NCBI GenBank assembly: GCA_963749415.1
Contig: CAVVMG010000001.1
Span: 1,676,745-1,740,744, forward strand
DNA from: an uncultured Acidobacteriota bacterium
GTDB taxonomy: Bacteria > Actinomycetota > Acidimicrobiia > Spongiisociales > ZC4RG35
DNA length: 64,000 nt
Reading direction: 5' to 3'
The translations under genes were made by a program, and so were the position numbers. The notes below the pieces were generated by a model. It did not search any database. It was given only the letters and a program-made list of their open reading frames with translations, and had not been told where the DNA came from. Numbering within the stretch: position 1 is the stretch's first letter; every line of letters starts with the position of its first letter. Positions 18,338 through 29,253 of this stretch are shown here, in pieces.

Positions 18338-19124
18338 GTGCCTCGCCGTTGAGCGCTCTGAGATGGAAGTACCACATGGTGGTCATCACCGCGATCGCGG
18401 CAACCACGAGACCTTGAAGGACCAGGCCGGCGACGAACACCAGAGCGAGTGACGTCGAGATGTCGCCAACGGCGACCAGGGGCAGCGCCAACAGTTGCAG
18501 CAGCTGGCCGGCGACCGACCCCATCAGGCCAACCAGGAGCACGAAGCCGAGGGTCGGCCACCATTGGCCCCGCACCAGGCGCGCACTGCGGCTCAGCGAG
18601 GCGACCACGCCGCGATCCTCGAGTGCGACGACATGCGTGGTCATCGACAGGGAGACACCGAGCCAAATCCCGGGAACGATGAGGAGGAGCGTGCCGATGA
18701 TCACGCCGACCGTGCCGAGGATCCCGGCAAATACCAGCTTCGGCATCCTGGCCAGGGCCTTTCGAGTTGCCTCCCCAGCAGTGATAGCTGTGCCTTCGAG
18801 GCGAGCCAAGACGATGTAGCTGACCGCGAGGCCGATGAACGCGGACGCGATCACCTGGAGCACGATCGCGATCAGGATCGCGTTGACGAAGGGAAGGGCG
18901 AGCTCGAGGAACTCCTCACGGGACATCGTCTCGAACAGCTCCGGGTCGTTCAGAGTCAGCCTGAAGAACTCGGTGCCGCCCGTCGCCTGGAGGGCAACCA
19001 GCGTCAGCGCTCCCATTGGGATGAACGCGCCGAGTGCTGGGGCCACGAGGCTGCGCCACACCGCCCCGAGCATCCTCATCCCATCGGTGAGCACATCGCT
19101 GAAAGTGCGTGGTGTCGACTGCAT
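18318..19124 (-). CDS. Hypothetical multi-pass membrane protein
   Basis: About 6 TM segments, LLIVPGI and SLSRSARLV motifs. Confidence 0.7.
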   Translation of the reverse strand: MQSTPRTFSDVLTDGMRMLGAVWRSLVAPALGAFIPMGALTLVALQATGGTEFFRLTLNDPELFETMSREEFLELALPFVNAILIAIVLQVIASAFIGLAVSYIVLARLEGTAITAGEATRKALARMPKLVFAGILGTVGVIIGTLLLIVPGIWLGVSLSMTTHVVALEDRGVVASLSRSARLVRGQWWPTLGFVLLVGLMGSVAGQLLQLLALPLVAVGDISTSLALVFVAGLVLQGLVVAAIAVMTTMWYFHLRALNGEALSPTPG

Positions 19125-19162
19125 AGGGGTCGGGTACGGTAACCGCCCCTCCCTGGAGTCCG

Positions 19163-20002
19163 ATGCCCGAGTTGCCCGAGGTGGAGATCACAAGACGCCA
19201 TCTTCACGAGGCGATGGTCGGCCGCACGATGAAGGTGGTGACGGTGAGCCACGTGAGGACTTCGCGGCACAACCAGGGGACCACGGAGGTGGAGGACCGA
19301 TTGACCGGGCGGGTGGTCCAGTCGGTGGGACGGAAGGGCAAATTCCTCGTGGCGCCGCTCGACGATGGCCAGGTGCTGGTCGCCCACCTCGGGATGTCCG
19401 GTCGGTTCTCGGTCGGGAGCGCGGATGATCCCCAACCTGCCCACACCCATTTTCGGGCACTCCTCGATGACGGGAGCGAGGTCCGATTCGTCGATCCCCG
19501 CACCTTCGGTTTCGTCGCGGTTTTCAGCGAGGACGAGTTGGATTCCTCCGGCGTCGGGCGACTCGGGCCAGATGCCTGGGCCGACCCTCCAACCACTGAG
19601 GAACTCGAGCTCGCACTCAGTCGGAGGACTGCGCCGATCAAGGCGCTATTGCTGGACCAGGGCCCGATCTCCGGGTTGGGCAACATCTATGCCGACGAGG
19701 CTCTCCACCTGGCCAGGATCCACCCGTTGGCCCCGGGGAACCAACTATCGATCGCGGATCTGGAGCGGTTGGGCGCCGCCATCGCCGAGGTGCTCAGCGC
19801 GGCGATCGACAATGGAGGGACCAGTCTGAGCGATCTCACCTATCTGCTGCCGGACGGCACTGCGGGTGAGAACCTGGAGCAACTCGCGGTCTACGGGCGC
19901 ACCGACCTTCCGTGTCCCCGGTGCGGGACTCCGATCGAGCGGATCGTGATCCGGGCGCGCTCCTCACATTTCTGCCCAACCTGTCAGGGCTTTCCGGGAT
20001 GA
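19163..20002 (+). CDS. mutM: Formamidopyrimidine-DNA glycosylase
   Basis: MPELPEVE, HLGMSG, GNIYADE, C-terminal zinc finger. Confidence 0.95.
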   Translation: MPELPEVEITRRHLHEAMVGRTMKVVTVSHVRTSRHNQGTTEVEDRLTGRVVQSVGRKGKFLVAPLDDGQVLVAHLGMSGRFSVGSADDPQPAHTHFRALLDDGSEVRFVDPRTFGFVAVFSEDELDSSGVGRLGPDAWADPPTTEELELALSRRTAPIKALLLDQGPISGLGNIYADEALHLARIHPLAPGNQLSIADLERLGAAIAEVLSAAIDNGGTSLSDLTYLLPDGTAGENLEQLAVYGRTDLPCPRCGTPIERIVIRARSSHFCPTCQGFPG

Positions 20003-20295
20003 CCCAGCGAACGGTCCGCGCCGTCGTCAGCGGGAGGGTGCAACAGGTCGGTTTCCGGCAGAGCTGCCGGCAAATGGCACGCTCCCTCGGTCTCGTGGGG
20101 TGGGTGCAGAACCTCCGCGACGGGAGCGTCGAAGTCCTTGCTCAGGGAGGCACCGATGCCGTTGACCAGCTGGTCAGCTGGCTCTGGACCGGGCCTGCCG
20201 GCGCCTTCGTCACCGGTGTCGAATCGGAGTCGGTGTCCGGAGACCAGACGCTGCGGGACTTCTTCATCCACGCCGATCCCAGTAAGAGCCGCTGA
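19999..20295 (+). CDS. acyP: Acylphosphatase
   Basis: GRVQQVGFR, GWVQNLRDGSVE. Confidence 0.9.
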   Translation: MTQRTVRAVVSGRVQQVGFRQSCRQMARSLGLVGWVQNLRDGSVEVLAQGGTDAVDQLVSWLWTGPAGAFVTGVESESVSGDQTLRDFFIHADPSKSR

Positions 20296-20358
20296 TCACT
20301 GCGCGCGCTGTTAGCCTGACTCGATAATCACAGTCGTGTCATTCGCCAGGAAATAGCT

Positions 20359-23300
20359 GTGTATTTGAAGTCACTGAAGCTCATCGGGTTCAAGTCGTTC
20401 GCCGATCGCGCCCGTCTCGAGTTTCGCCCCGGTGTCACGGTGATCGTCGGGCCGAACGGGTCGGGGAAGTCCAACCTGGTCGACGCCCTGTCCTGGGTGA
20501 TGGGGAGCCAGTCGCCCAAGACGCTGCGGACCGGGAAGATGGAAGACGTCGTCTTCGCCGGCACCGCAACCAGGCCCGCCCTCAACCGGGCGGAGGCGGT
20601 CCTGGTAATCGACAACACAGAGCGGATGCTCCCTCTCGACCTGGACGAGGTCTCGCTGACCAGGCGTCTCTATCGGGACGGGTCCAGCGACTACGAGATC
20701 AACGGCGTTGGCTGCCGGCTTCTCGACATCCAGGAGCTTCTCAGCGATTCCGGCGTGGGCCGCCACCAACATGTGATCATCGGGCAGGGTCAGGTCGACT
20801 CGGTACTCAATGCTTCGCCGGAAGACCACCGGGCCGTCATCGAGGAGGCGGCCGGCATCCTCAAGCACCGGAGGCGCAAGGAGAAGGCAGAACGCCGCCT
20901 GGAACGCACCGATGAAGACGTGCTCCGCCTTCAGGATCTGCTCGGAGAGATCGAGCGCCAGTTGCGGCCCCTACGGCGCCAGGCCAAGGCGGCGGAGAGC
21001 TACCACGGGCTCAAGGATCAGGTCCGCGCGCTTTCCCTCTACCTCGCCCGGGTCGAGCTCGAGGAGCTGGACGCTGGTAGCCGCGCCGCGGGAGCGGAGC
21101 ACGACTTGCTCTCGGCGAACGTCGAGCACGAGCAGGCCCAGATCGTCGAAATGTCGGCAACGGTTGCCGACCTCACAGCCAGCGCCTCGGTCTTGGGCTC
21201 GAAGCTGGAACGGGATACCGGCGCCGCCGCCCTCCTCGAGACCTCGATCGAGCGCCTCCGCCGGCTGGGCTCCGTGGCGCACGAGCGCAGTCGCGCCGCG
21301 TCCGGGCGCATCCAGGCTTCCCAGGAGCGAAAGAAGGACCTCGACGCAGAGCTGTTCGGGATCCACGACGAGCTGGCACAGATCGAGGGCTCGATCGAGG
21401 ACGCATCCCTTCACGCAGAGGTTCGAGAGAGCCGATTCCGGCGCCTCGAGGACGAGGAGAACGTAATCGCGACCCAGAACGCCCTCTCGCCCGAGGGTGC
21501 ACTCGCCGCAGTCCGTGGGGAGCTGAGTGTCTACGAAGCCGCAGGTGTCCGGGACACCCGGGAGTTGGAGGCAGTCGCGCATCGCCTCGACGTGGTCGAT
21601 GGGCAGGCGCGCGCCGAGTTGTCCGAGATCGCTCGGATCGATGACGAAGTCCGCTCACTGGACGAGACGGTGGGCAAGCTTCAAGGGTCCTACGAGGCGG
21701 CATCGCGTCGCAGCGCCAAGGACCAGGAGGCCAGGGCAGGCGCCGAGGAGGTCCTGACCGCCGCACAGCTTGCGGTTGCCGCTGCCGAGGCCAGGGTGGA
21801 GGCAGTTTCCGCCGCCCTCGCCGGCAGATTCGACCTGGAGGCGCGACGCTCGGTGGAAGGTGCCCGCGGCGCCCGGGGCAGCCTGATCTCGTTGCTCGAC
21901 ATTCCTGCGGGGCTGCAGCGAGCCGTCGATGCCGCGCTCGGCCGCTGGGTCGACGCCGTCGCGTTCGACGGGATGGAGTCACTGCAGGAGGTCGTCGAAG
22001 GTGTGAAATCGGCGGGCGGTGGTGGCGTCCCGGTGGTTGCTTCACAAGGTGACGGAGAAGCACCGGCGCGCGCCGTTGCCGCCCATGCCGGAGTAGAAGC
22101 TCTCATCGATCGCCTGGGCAATGGCGCCGACAAGTCCCTTGCCCTCCGCCTGCTCGGCGATGTTCTCCTCGTCGAGGGCTGGGCGGCCGCCTGGGCCCTG
22201 GTCTCCCGCAACCCGGAGCTGAGAGCGGTCACTCCCGAGGGAGACCTGATCTCCGCCGACGGCGTGCAGATCGCTCATCCCGAAGGGGCAGGCCCGGCCA
22301 TGCTCGAGGCCGCCGAGGTCGAGATGGAGAGGGCGAAGACGGCCCTATCCCGGGCACTGTCGATTCACACCGCAGCCAAAAGGGACTTCGAGAAGAGCCG
22401 TGAGATCGAGCGTCGAGCACTCGAAGAGCTCGAGGGTGCGGAAGCGGGTCTCGCCGGGCGCTCGGAGGCAATGGGTCGCTTGCAGAAGTCAGTCGACTCG
22501 CTCGATGGGGAGCGTGCCCGGCTTGGGGCACGAAAGTCCTCGCTTCTCGAGGGGATGGCCGACCGTGATCGGCAGAAGGTCGACCTGGAGGCCCGACTCC
22601 GCGCCCTGGAGGGAGAAGAGGGCGAGCGGATGCGGGCTTGGGAGGAGCTCGAAGCTCGTCGGATCCAAATTGGAGCCGACCGGGAGCTGGCTCGATCGGA
22701 ATGGCAGGAGGCGGCTACCACCCTCCAAGCCCTGGTGGAGCGGAAGCGCCTCCTCGAGGAGCGGTTGCAGCGCATCAACGCGGAGATCGGAAGGGTCGGA
22801 CCGGCGCCGGACCCCTCCGACACATCGAGGCTCGAAGTGGTCGAGCGGCTCGCCCGTCAGGGCGTCGAAGTGCTGGTCGCGAGGCTCGGTGATCTCCGCG
22901 AACGGCAGTCCGCACTTCGATCCTCCAGGGACACCGCAATCGCTGAGCTGGAGTCGGCACGGGCGAACCATGAGTCGCTGAGGAACGGGATCAGTGAGGC
23001 GAGGGAGCGGATCAGCCAGCTCCAAGTGCTGCTCACCGAGCTCCGCATGCGTCGCGAGGCCGTGGTCGAGGGCGTGCGCCGGGATGCCGACGCCGAGGAG
23101 GATCTCGCCATGAAGGCGGAGCGCCCCGACTACCCCGAAGATGCCGACCTGGGCTCGGTTCTCGCCGACAAGTCGGCCCAGCTCCGGCGACTGGGCCCGA
23201 TCAACCCGCTTGCCGCAGCAGAGTTCGCCGAGCTCGACGAGCGCCACACTTTCCTCGCCGATCAGCTGAGCGACGTCGAATCGTCGCGGTCCGAGTTGCG

Positions 23301-23811
23301 CAAGGTGATCAAAGCGCTCGACGAGGAGATCGAGCGCCGTTTCCAGGAGGCGTTCACCGAGGTTGCCGAGGCATACCAACGCTATTTCGGGCTGCTGTTT
23401 CCTGGTGGCACAGGTCGGATCCGGCTCACTGACCCGGCCGACCCGCAATCCGGGTTGATGATCGAAGCCCAGCCTCTTGGCAAGCGAGTGAGCCAGCTCA
23501 CCCTGCTCTCAGGTGGGGAGCGCAGTCTGGCCGCCCTCGCCTTCCTGTTCTCGATATTCGAGGCGCGGCCGAGCCCGTTCTATGTCCTGGACGAGGTCGA
23601 GGCTGCACTGGACGACTCCAACCTGCGCCGCTTCCTGCGGATCGTGGATGAGTTTCGGCAGCGGGCCCAGCTGCTCATCGTGACCCACCAGCAGCAGACC
23701 ATGGAAGCGGCCGACGTCCTCTACGGGGTCACAATGGAGCCCGGCGGCTCGTCGCAGGCGGTCCGCAAGGACATGGTCACGGTCGGCGCCGAAGAATTGT
23801 TCCGGCAGTAA
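20359..23811 (+). CDS. smc: Chromosome segregation protein SMC
   Basis: GPNGSGKSN, hinge and coiled coils, LSGGE, LDEVEAALD. Confidence 0.95.
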   Translation: MYLKSLKLIGFKSFADRARLEFRPGVTVIVGPNGSGKSNLVDALSWVMGSQSPKTLRTGKMEDVVFAGTATRPALNRAEAVLVIDNTERMLPLDLDEVSLTRRLYRDGSSDYEINGVGCRLLDIQELLSDSGVGRHQHVIIGQGQVDSVLNASPEDHRAVIEEAAGILKHRRRKEKAERRLERTDEDVLRLQDLLGEIERQLRPLRRQAKAAESYHGLKDQVRALSLYLARVELEELDAGSRAAGAEHDLLSANVEHEQAQIVEMSATVADLTASASVLGSKLERDTGAAALLETSIERLRRLGSVAHERSRAASGRIQASQERKKDLDAELFGIHDELAQIEGSIEDASLHAEVRESRFRRLEDEENVIATQNALSPEGALAAVRGELSVYEAAGVRDTRELEAVAHRLDVVDGQARAELSEIARIDDEVRSLDETVGKLQGSYEAASRRSAKDQEARAGAEEVLTAAQLAVAAAEARVEAVSAALAGRFDLEARRSVEGARGARGSLISLLDIPAGLQRAVDAALGRWVDAVAFDGMESLQEVVEGVKSAGGGGVPVVASQGDGEAPARAVAAHAGVEALIDRLGNGADKSLALRLLGDVLLVEGWAAAWALVSRNPELRAVTPEGDLISADGVQIAHPEGAGPAMLEAAEVEMERAKTALSRALSIHTAAKRDFEKSREIERRALEELEGAEAGLAGRSEAMGRLQKSVDSLDGERARLGARKSSLLEGMADRDRQKVDLEARLRALEGEEGERMRAWEELEARRIQIGADRELARSEWQEAATTLQALVERKRLLEERLQRINAEIGRVGPAPDPSDTSRLEVVERLARQGVEVLVARLGDLRERQSALRSSRDTAIAELESARANHESLRNGISEARERISQLQVLLTELRMRREAVVEGVRRDADAEEDLAMKAERPDYPEDADLGSVLADKSAQLRRLGPINPLAAAEFAELDERHTFLADQLSDVESSRSELRKVIKALDEEIERRFQEAFTEVAEAYQRYFGLLFPGGTGRIRLTDPADPQSGLMIEAQPLGKRVSQLTLLSGGERSLAALAFLFSIFEARPSPFYVLDEVEAALDDSNLRRFLRIVDEFRQRAQLLIVTHQQQTMEAADVLYGVTMEPGGSSQAVRKDMVTVGAEELFRQ

Positions 23812-23823
23812 CTTCGCCCCGGC

Positions 23824-24807
23824 ATGGACAGCGCCCTCCTCTACGTCCTCATCGGTATCGCCGTGCTGGCGCTCGTCGTGATCGCCGTGGTCTTTCTGAT
23901 GAGGTCGGATCGGGAGGAGTCGGCGGACCCGGGTGCACCACCCGCTCGAACAGTCGGGGGCGGTGCTCTCGGCACTTCCCTGCGCCGGGTGCTGGGGGGT
24001 GGGATCAGCGAGGAGACCTGGACCGCGCTCGAGGAGGCCCTCCTCGCAGCCGACGTCGGGGTGGAAGCGACTGGAGCAATCGTCGGTGGAGTGCGGGCGG
24101 CGCATCCCGAGACGGCGGAGGATGCCCGACGCCAGCTGGCGCGTCAGCTCCGCGCCGAGTTGGGGGACCGGCCCCGTGAGCTCGCCCTGAACGGGACGCC
24201 TGCGGTGATCCTGGTGGTGGGGGTGAACGGGACCGGGAAGACGACGACCATCGCCAAGCTCGCCGCGCTGCTCACCGGCCGCGGGAGCAAAGTCGTGCTG
24301 GCGGCTGCCGACACGTTTCGAGCTGCGGCCGGGGCACAGCTCCAGACCTGGGGAGACCGCCTCGGCGTGGATGTGGTGGGAGGCCAGGAGGGAGGAGACC
24401 CGGCTTCGGTCGCCTTCGATGCCATCGGATCTGCCCGGGCTCGAGGTGCAGACGTGGTGATCGTCGACACCGCCGGGCGCCTTCATGCCAAGAAGAACCT
24501 GATGTCCGAGTTGTCCAAGATCCATCGGGTGACATCGGGTGACCGGGGAGAGGTGGATGAGGTGCTGCTGGTGCTCGACGCCACGGCGGGGCAAAACGGC
24601 ATCACCCAGGTCGAGGAATTCTCGGACGCGGTCCCAGTCTCGGGCATCGTGCTCACCAAGTTGGACGGCACAGCCCGGGGTGGGATCGTGATCGCCATCG
24701 AGCGCCGTCTCGGGGTGCCCGTGAAGTTCGTGGGCCTCGGTGAGAGGCTCGAGGATCTGGCGCCTTTCGACCCCGACCGATTCGTCGCAGAGCTCTTGGA
24801 GGAATGA
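23824..24807 (+). CDS. ftsY: SRP receptor FtsY with N-terminal TM
   Basis: [25 protein letters not shown]. Confidence 0.95.
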   Translation: MDSALLYVLIGIAVLALVVIAVVFLMRSDREESADPGAPPARTVGGGALGTSLRRVLGGGISEETWTALEEALLAADVGVEATGAIVGGVRAAHPETAEDARRQLARQLRAELGDRPRELALNGTPAVILVVGVNGTGKTTTIAKLAALLTGRGSKVVLAAADTFRAAAGAQLQTWGDRLGVDVVGGQEGGDPASVAFDAIGSARARGADVVIVDTAGRLHAKKNLMSELSKIHRVTSGDRGEVDEVLLVLDATAGQNGITQVEEFSDAVPVSGIVLTKLDGTARGGIVIAIERRLGVPVKFVGLGERLEDLAPFDPDRFVAELLEE

Positions 24808-25196
24808 TGAACACAGATGATCTGGCGGCAGCGGCCCGAGCGGCAGCCGAGGGCTCCTATTCGCCTTATTCTGGTTTCCGGGTCGGCGCCGTGGTGGTGG
24901 GGGAGCACGGCGAGGTGTTCATCGGCGCCAACGTCGAGAACTCTTCCTATCCGGTCTCGTCGTGTGCCGAGGCGACCGCGATCCACACCGCGGTGAGCCA
25001 CGGGGTGCGGAGGATCGACACCGTGGCAGTCGCCTGCATCGACGCCTTGGACGTCGACGGTGCCTATCCCTGTGGGCGCTGTCGGCAGATCATGTCCGAG
25101 TTCGACGTCTCCACCGTGGTCGTCACCGGAGGCCCGGGCACCGAGATCCGGGAGCACAGCCTCGACGACCTGTTCCCGCATCGCTTCAAGCTCTGA
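24804..25196 (+). CDS. cdd: Cytidine deaminase
   Basis: YSPYSGFRVGA, CAE, PCGRCRQ. Confidence 0.92.
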   Translation: MMNTDDLAAAARAAAEGSYSPYSGFRVGAVVVGEHGEVFIGANVENSSYPVSSCAEATAIHTAVSHGVRRIDTVAVACIDALDVDGAYPCGRCRQIMSEFDVSTVVVTGGPGTEIREHSLDDLFPHRFKL

Positions 25197-25199
25197 GGC

Positions 25200-25625
25200 T
25201 CAGCCTCCCGCCCAGTGGGCCCGATTCTCCTTGCGGACGACGAATCGGAGGCCGGACCAGGTGTCGTCTATGGCGCACACCTTGTTGTCCACCATGCCCG
25301 TGGGGAGAAACAGGTCGCGCAGGGTGTCTTCGGTGATGTCGGACTCGACGCCTGAGCTTCGTTTCGGCCAGGCGACCCAGATCGCACCATCGGCAGGGAG
25401 CTTCCTTGCTGCCTGATGGAACGAATCGTCCAGTTCGTCGGCCCACTGCCCGAAGACGATGAAGATGTCGGAGCGGTCCATCGTGTGGTGGAGCTCGACC
25501 TGTTCGGGGAGGGCACCCATTGTCTCCTCGAACCCGTCGGGAGGTTCGATAACGCCCAGCTTCATCCCGGGCTTGATCCCGAGCTTCTTGGGGAGCGGGG
25601 TCCCGCTGTAGCCGGCGGATGTCAT
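25200..25625 (-). CDS. DUF3052 family protein
   Basis: GYSGTPLPKKLGIK, WVAWPK, VDNKVCA, WSGLRFV. Confidence 0.85.
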   Translation of the reverse strand: MTSAGYSGTPLPKKLGIKPGMKLGVIEPPDGFEETMGALPEQVELHHTMDRSDIFIVFGQWADELDDSFHQAARKLPADGAIWVAWPKRSSGVESDITEDTLRDLFLPTGMVDNKVCAIDDTWSGLRFVVRKENRAHWAGG

Positions 25626-26139
25626 CCGGCCGAGAGGTCCTTCCACCAGGTCGACGGGGGATGGGCTTCGATGTCACCCCCGAGGGCGGTGATGGCGTCC
25701 AGCACATGGCCGTCGTTCCACGACAACCAGCGGGTGGGCGTGACCTCGATGGTGTTGTCCTCGTATGCCGCGAGGAGGAGGCCCATCGTCTTCATGCCCG
25801 CGTCGGTCAGTAGTCGCTCCCGGTTGAGCTGGTTGAGCCGGGCGGCTTCGTCGCCTTCGATGATGCGAGCCGGCCCGGTGGCGGAAACCCATCCCGACTC
25901 GATGGAGATGAAGATCGTCACCGTGGGCCGGGCCCGGATGTTGCGCACTTTTCGGGTCGCATGTGGCGTCGGGAGCTGGAGCCTGGTCATGGTCGATCGA
26001 GATAGAAGAGCAGCTCTGTGAGATGGGGCGACCCGTCGTCGTTGATCGTGGCCAGGACCGCGTTGCTCTTGGCCATGATCTCACGGCGCAGGTCGTCGGT
26101 GAGCCCGTGCGGGGTGCGGTAGGTGGCTGGAATGGTCAT
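25622..26139 (-). pseudogene. Pyridoxamine 5'-phosphate oxidase family protein, frameshifted near 25990-26000
   Basis: [13 protein letters not shown] in one frame, continuing as [10 protein letters not shown] in another. Confidence 0.7.
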
Positions 26140-26153
26140 CACTCCGACCCTAT

Positions 26154-27101
26154 CTACCGCGCTTCCAACGCCTCCAACAACTTCGGTACCACCTTGTGCA
26201 CGTCCCCGACCACCCCGAGGTCGGCGATGGAGAAGATCGGGGCGTCGGGATCCTTGTTGATGGCGATGATGGTCTTGGAGTCCTTCATCCCCACCAGGTG
26301 CTGCATGGCACCCGAGATCCCGATGGCGATGTAGACGTCGGGCTTCACCGTTTTCCCGGTCTGGCCGACCTGTTTGGCATAGGGGACCCAACCCGCATCG
26401 ACGATCGCCCGGGTGGCCCCGGTCGCCGCCTTCAACGTCTTGCCCAGCTTCTCCACCAGCTCGTAGGCCTCGGCCGATCCCAGGCCACGACCACCGGACA
26501 CCACGACCGCGGCTTCGCCGAGTTGGGGGCCCTCGCGCTCCTCGACATGGGTCTCCACCACCGTCGCCTCGGAGCGTCCCGCCTCGGGCGGTTCCAGGAC
26601 TTCCACGGATGGGGCTCCACCGCCCGTCTCCTCCGCCGGGTACGACTTGGGCCGAATGAGAACGATGAACGGCCCCCGTGTCATGGTCGCCGTCGCGATC
26701 TGGGCGCCACCCAGGATCTCGTGGTCGGTCTCCACCGCCCCGTCGGCCAGTCGAACCGCGACGGCGTTGGAAAGGACCCCCACCCCGAGCCGGACCGCGA
26801 GACGGCCGGCGACATCACGATCGGTGTAGGCCTGGCCGAACAGGATCAGATCGGGGGAGTCGGCAGCGATCCGCCCGGCGAGCGCGGCCGCGACCGGTGC
26901 GGAAGGCAGTCGGTTGCCGGTGTCGATGTGCAACACCGACCCTGCTCCATGAGCTCCGAGCGTGGCGAATGCCGACTCGGAGCCGGTGCCGAGATACACC
27001 GCGGTCACCTCGCCGAGCCCGCGGCCCGCGGTCAAGAGCTCGAGGCCGATCGACGACGGCTTCCCCGCATCCTCCTCGACGAAGACCCATATCCCGGGCA
27101 C
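26154..27101 (-). CDS. etfA: Electron transfer flavoprotein alpha subunit
   Basis: [37 protein letters not shown]. Confidence 0.95.
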   Translation of the reverse strand: MPGIWVFVEEDAGKPSSIGLELLTAGRGLGEVTAVYLGTGSESAFATLGAHGAGSVLHIDTGNRLPSAPVAAALAGRIAADSPDLILFGQAYTDRDVAGRLAVRLGVGVLSNAVAVRLADGAVETDHEILGGAQIATATMTRGPFIVLIRPKSYPAEETGGGAPSVEVLEPPEAGRSEATVVETHVEEREGPQLGEAAVVVSGGRGLGSAEAYELVEKLGKTLKAATGATRAIVDAGWVPYAKQVGQTGKTVKPDVYIAIGISGAMQHLVGMKDSKTIIAINKDPDAPIFSIADLGVVGDVHKVVPKLLEALEAR

Positions 27102-27102
27102 G

Positions 27103-27861
27103 TCAGATCACCTTCCGCTGCTCGAGCAGGGCGACGATGGCGTTGTGGGCATCTCCGTCGTCTTCGATCTTCTGTCCGCCGCTCCGCTCTGGAGCGTCCG
27201 TGATCGACGCCACGGTCTGTCCAGAACCGACGTCCACTGACAGGTCGGCAAGAGTCAGGCGCTCGACCGTCTTCTTCTTGGCGTCCATGATCCCCTTGAA
27301 GGTGGGGTAGCGGGGCTCGACAACCCCGGCGGTGACCGCCACCACCGCGGGGAGGGCCGCCTCCACGACGTCGTATCCGGCGGCTGTCTGGCGATGGATC
27401 GAGACCTTGCCGTCGGCGGACTCGACGTGGTTGGCGTAGGTCAGAGCGGGGACATCGAGCAGTTCGGCCAGCATCTGAGGGAGCACCCCGGAATAGCCAT
27501 CGGTGGACTCGGTGCCCGCGATCACCAGGTCGAAGTCCTGGCGGGCGATGGCAGCCGCCAGGGCCCGGGCCGTGGCCAGGGCATCGGAGCCCCGGAGGGA
27601 ATCGTCTTCGATGAGGATGGCGTCATCCGCACCCATGGCCAGAGCCTGGCGGATTCCCTGACCGTTTCCCGCCGGCCCCATGCTGACCAGGGTGACCGTT
27701 CCCTCGCTCGCCTGGGCCAACTGCAGGCCCATCTCCACCCCGTACCGATCGGTGTCGTCCAGGATCTGGTCGTCGGGGCGAATCAGCCAATTGGTGCCTG
27801 GTTCGAGGCGGTAGGGGGTGGCGGGGTCGGGAATCTGCTTCACGCAGACGACGACCTTCAT
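27103..27861 (-). CDS. etfB: Electron transfer flavoprotein beta subunit
   Basis: VCVKQIPD, ALAMGAD, AGTESTDG, EPRYP. Confidence 0.95.
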   Translation of the reverse strand: MKVVVCVKQIPDPATPYRLEPGTNWLIRPDDQILDDTDRYGVEMGLQLAQASEGTVTLVSMGPAGNGQGIRQALAMGADDAILIEDDSLRGSDALATARALAAAIARQDFDLVIAGTESTDGYSGVLPQMLAELLDVPALTYANHVESADGKVSIHRQTAAGYDVVEAALPAVVAVTAGVVEPRYPTFKGIMDAKKKTVERLTLADLSVDVGSGQTVASITDAPERSGGQKIEDDGDAHNAIVALLEQRKVI

Positions 27862-27923
27862 CGCGCTCCTTGCGGTAGTGGTGAGCGGCGATGCTAAACG
27901 GTGCTCCGTATGGTCGAATCCGG

Positions 27924-29234
27924 TCAGATGGAGCTGGCGTCGATCCTCTCCACGATGAGGCTTTCGATCGGCTGTGCGTCGTCACCGATCTCCCAGGCCC
28001 GTCGCAGCGCGTCGCGCTGTCCCTGGAAAAGGTCGGGGTCCGCGTGGCGCACCGTGGCCAGGGGCTGGCCCCGGGTGACGGTTTCGCCGAGCTTCGCCTC
28101 GACGGTGATGCCAACACCGGGGTCGACCGGATCTTCCTTGCGCTCTCGCCCGGCGCCGAGCCTGGTGGCGACGGTGCCCACGATCAGCGCATCACAGTGC
28201 GTGATGACGCCGTTCCGATCGGCCTCGATCACCTCGACGTGGGGAGCCTCGGGGAGAAGTGACGGGTCGTCGATCACAGCACGATCACCCCCCTGGGCGA
28301 CAACTACTTCGACCAGCTTGGCCAGGGCGGCACCGCTGCTGATCGCCTCCATGAGCCGCGGCTGCCCGCCATCTATGCCGGCCAGCTCGAGCATCGCCTC
28401 GCCGAAGGCGAGGGTCAACTCGACGACGTCCTCGGGCCCTTCGCCTTTCAGAACGTCGATCGACTCCCGCAGCTCGTTGCTGTTGCCCACCTCACGGCCC
28501 AGTGGCTGGTCCATGCGGGTGATCAGTGCCACCGTTTCCACCCCTTGCCGGGTGCCGATCCCAACCATCGTCCTCGCCAGCTCACGGGCGCGGTCGAGGT
28601 CTTTCATGAATGCCCCGACCCCGGTCTTGACGTCAAGGAGCAGCCCGTCGAGACCCTCGGCGAGCTTCTTGGACATGATCGATGACGAGATCAACGGAAT
28701 GGAAGGCACCGTCGCGGTGGCGTCGCGAAGGGCATACAACTTGCGATCGGCGGGGACCAGCGTCTCGGATTGCCCGGCGAGCACCAGCCCATGTTTGGTG
28801 AGGATGTCCCTGAAGCGGTCCGGGTCGAGGCCGGTCGTGAAACCGGGGATCGATTCCAGCTTGTCGAGCGTGCCCCCGGTGTGGCCCAGTCCTCGTCCCG
28901 ACATCATGGGCACCACCACGCCGCAGGCGGCCACCAGGGGAGCAAGGGGGATCGAGATCTTGTCGCCGACACCGCCTGTCGAATGCTTGTCGACCTTGCG
29001 GCCCGGAATCCCGGAACAATCGAGGACGTCACCAGAGTGCAACATCGCGGCCGTCCAGGCGGCCAGCTCGTCGTTGTCGAGGCCGTTGAGGAACACCGCC
29101 ATCGTCATCGCCGCCATCTGGTAGTCGGTGACCGTGCCCGCGGTGTAGGACCGGATGAGCCACTCGATCGCATCCGGGTCGAGGATCCCGCGATCACGCT
29201 TGATCTCGATCAACCCCACCGCGGTGAAATCCAT
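27924..29234 (-). CDS. pdp: Thymidine/pyrimidine-nucleoside phosphorylase
   Basis: DKHSTGGVGDK, SGRGLGHTGGTLDKLESIPG, SIMSKK. Confidence 0.92.
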   Translation of the reverse strand: MDFTAVGLIEIKRDRGILDPDAIEWLIRSYTAGTVTDYQMAAMTMAVFLNGLDNDELAAWTAAMLHSGDVLDCSGIPGRKVDKHSTGGVGDKISIPLAPLVAACGVVVPMMSGRGLGHTGGTLDKLESIPGFTTGLDPDRFRDILTKHGLVLAGQSETLVPADRKLYALRDATATVPSIPLISSSIMSKKLAEGLDGLLLDVKTGVGAFMKDLDRARELARTMVGIGTRQGVETVALITRMDQPLGREVGNSNELRESIDVLKGEGPEDVVELTLAFGEAMLELAGIDGGQPRLMEAISSGAALAKLVEVVVAQGGDRAVIDDPSLLPEAPHVEVIEADRNGVITHCDALIVGTVATRLGAGRERKEDPVDPGVGITVEAKLGETVTRGQPLATVRHADPDLFQGQRDALRRAWEIGDDAQPIESLIVERIDASSI

Positions 29235-29253
29235 GGGCGGAGACGATATCCGG

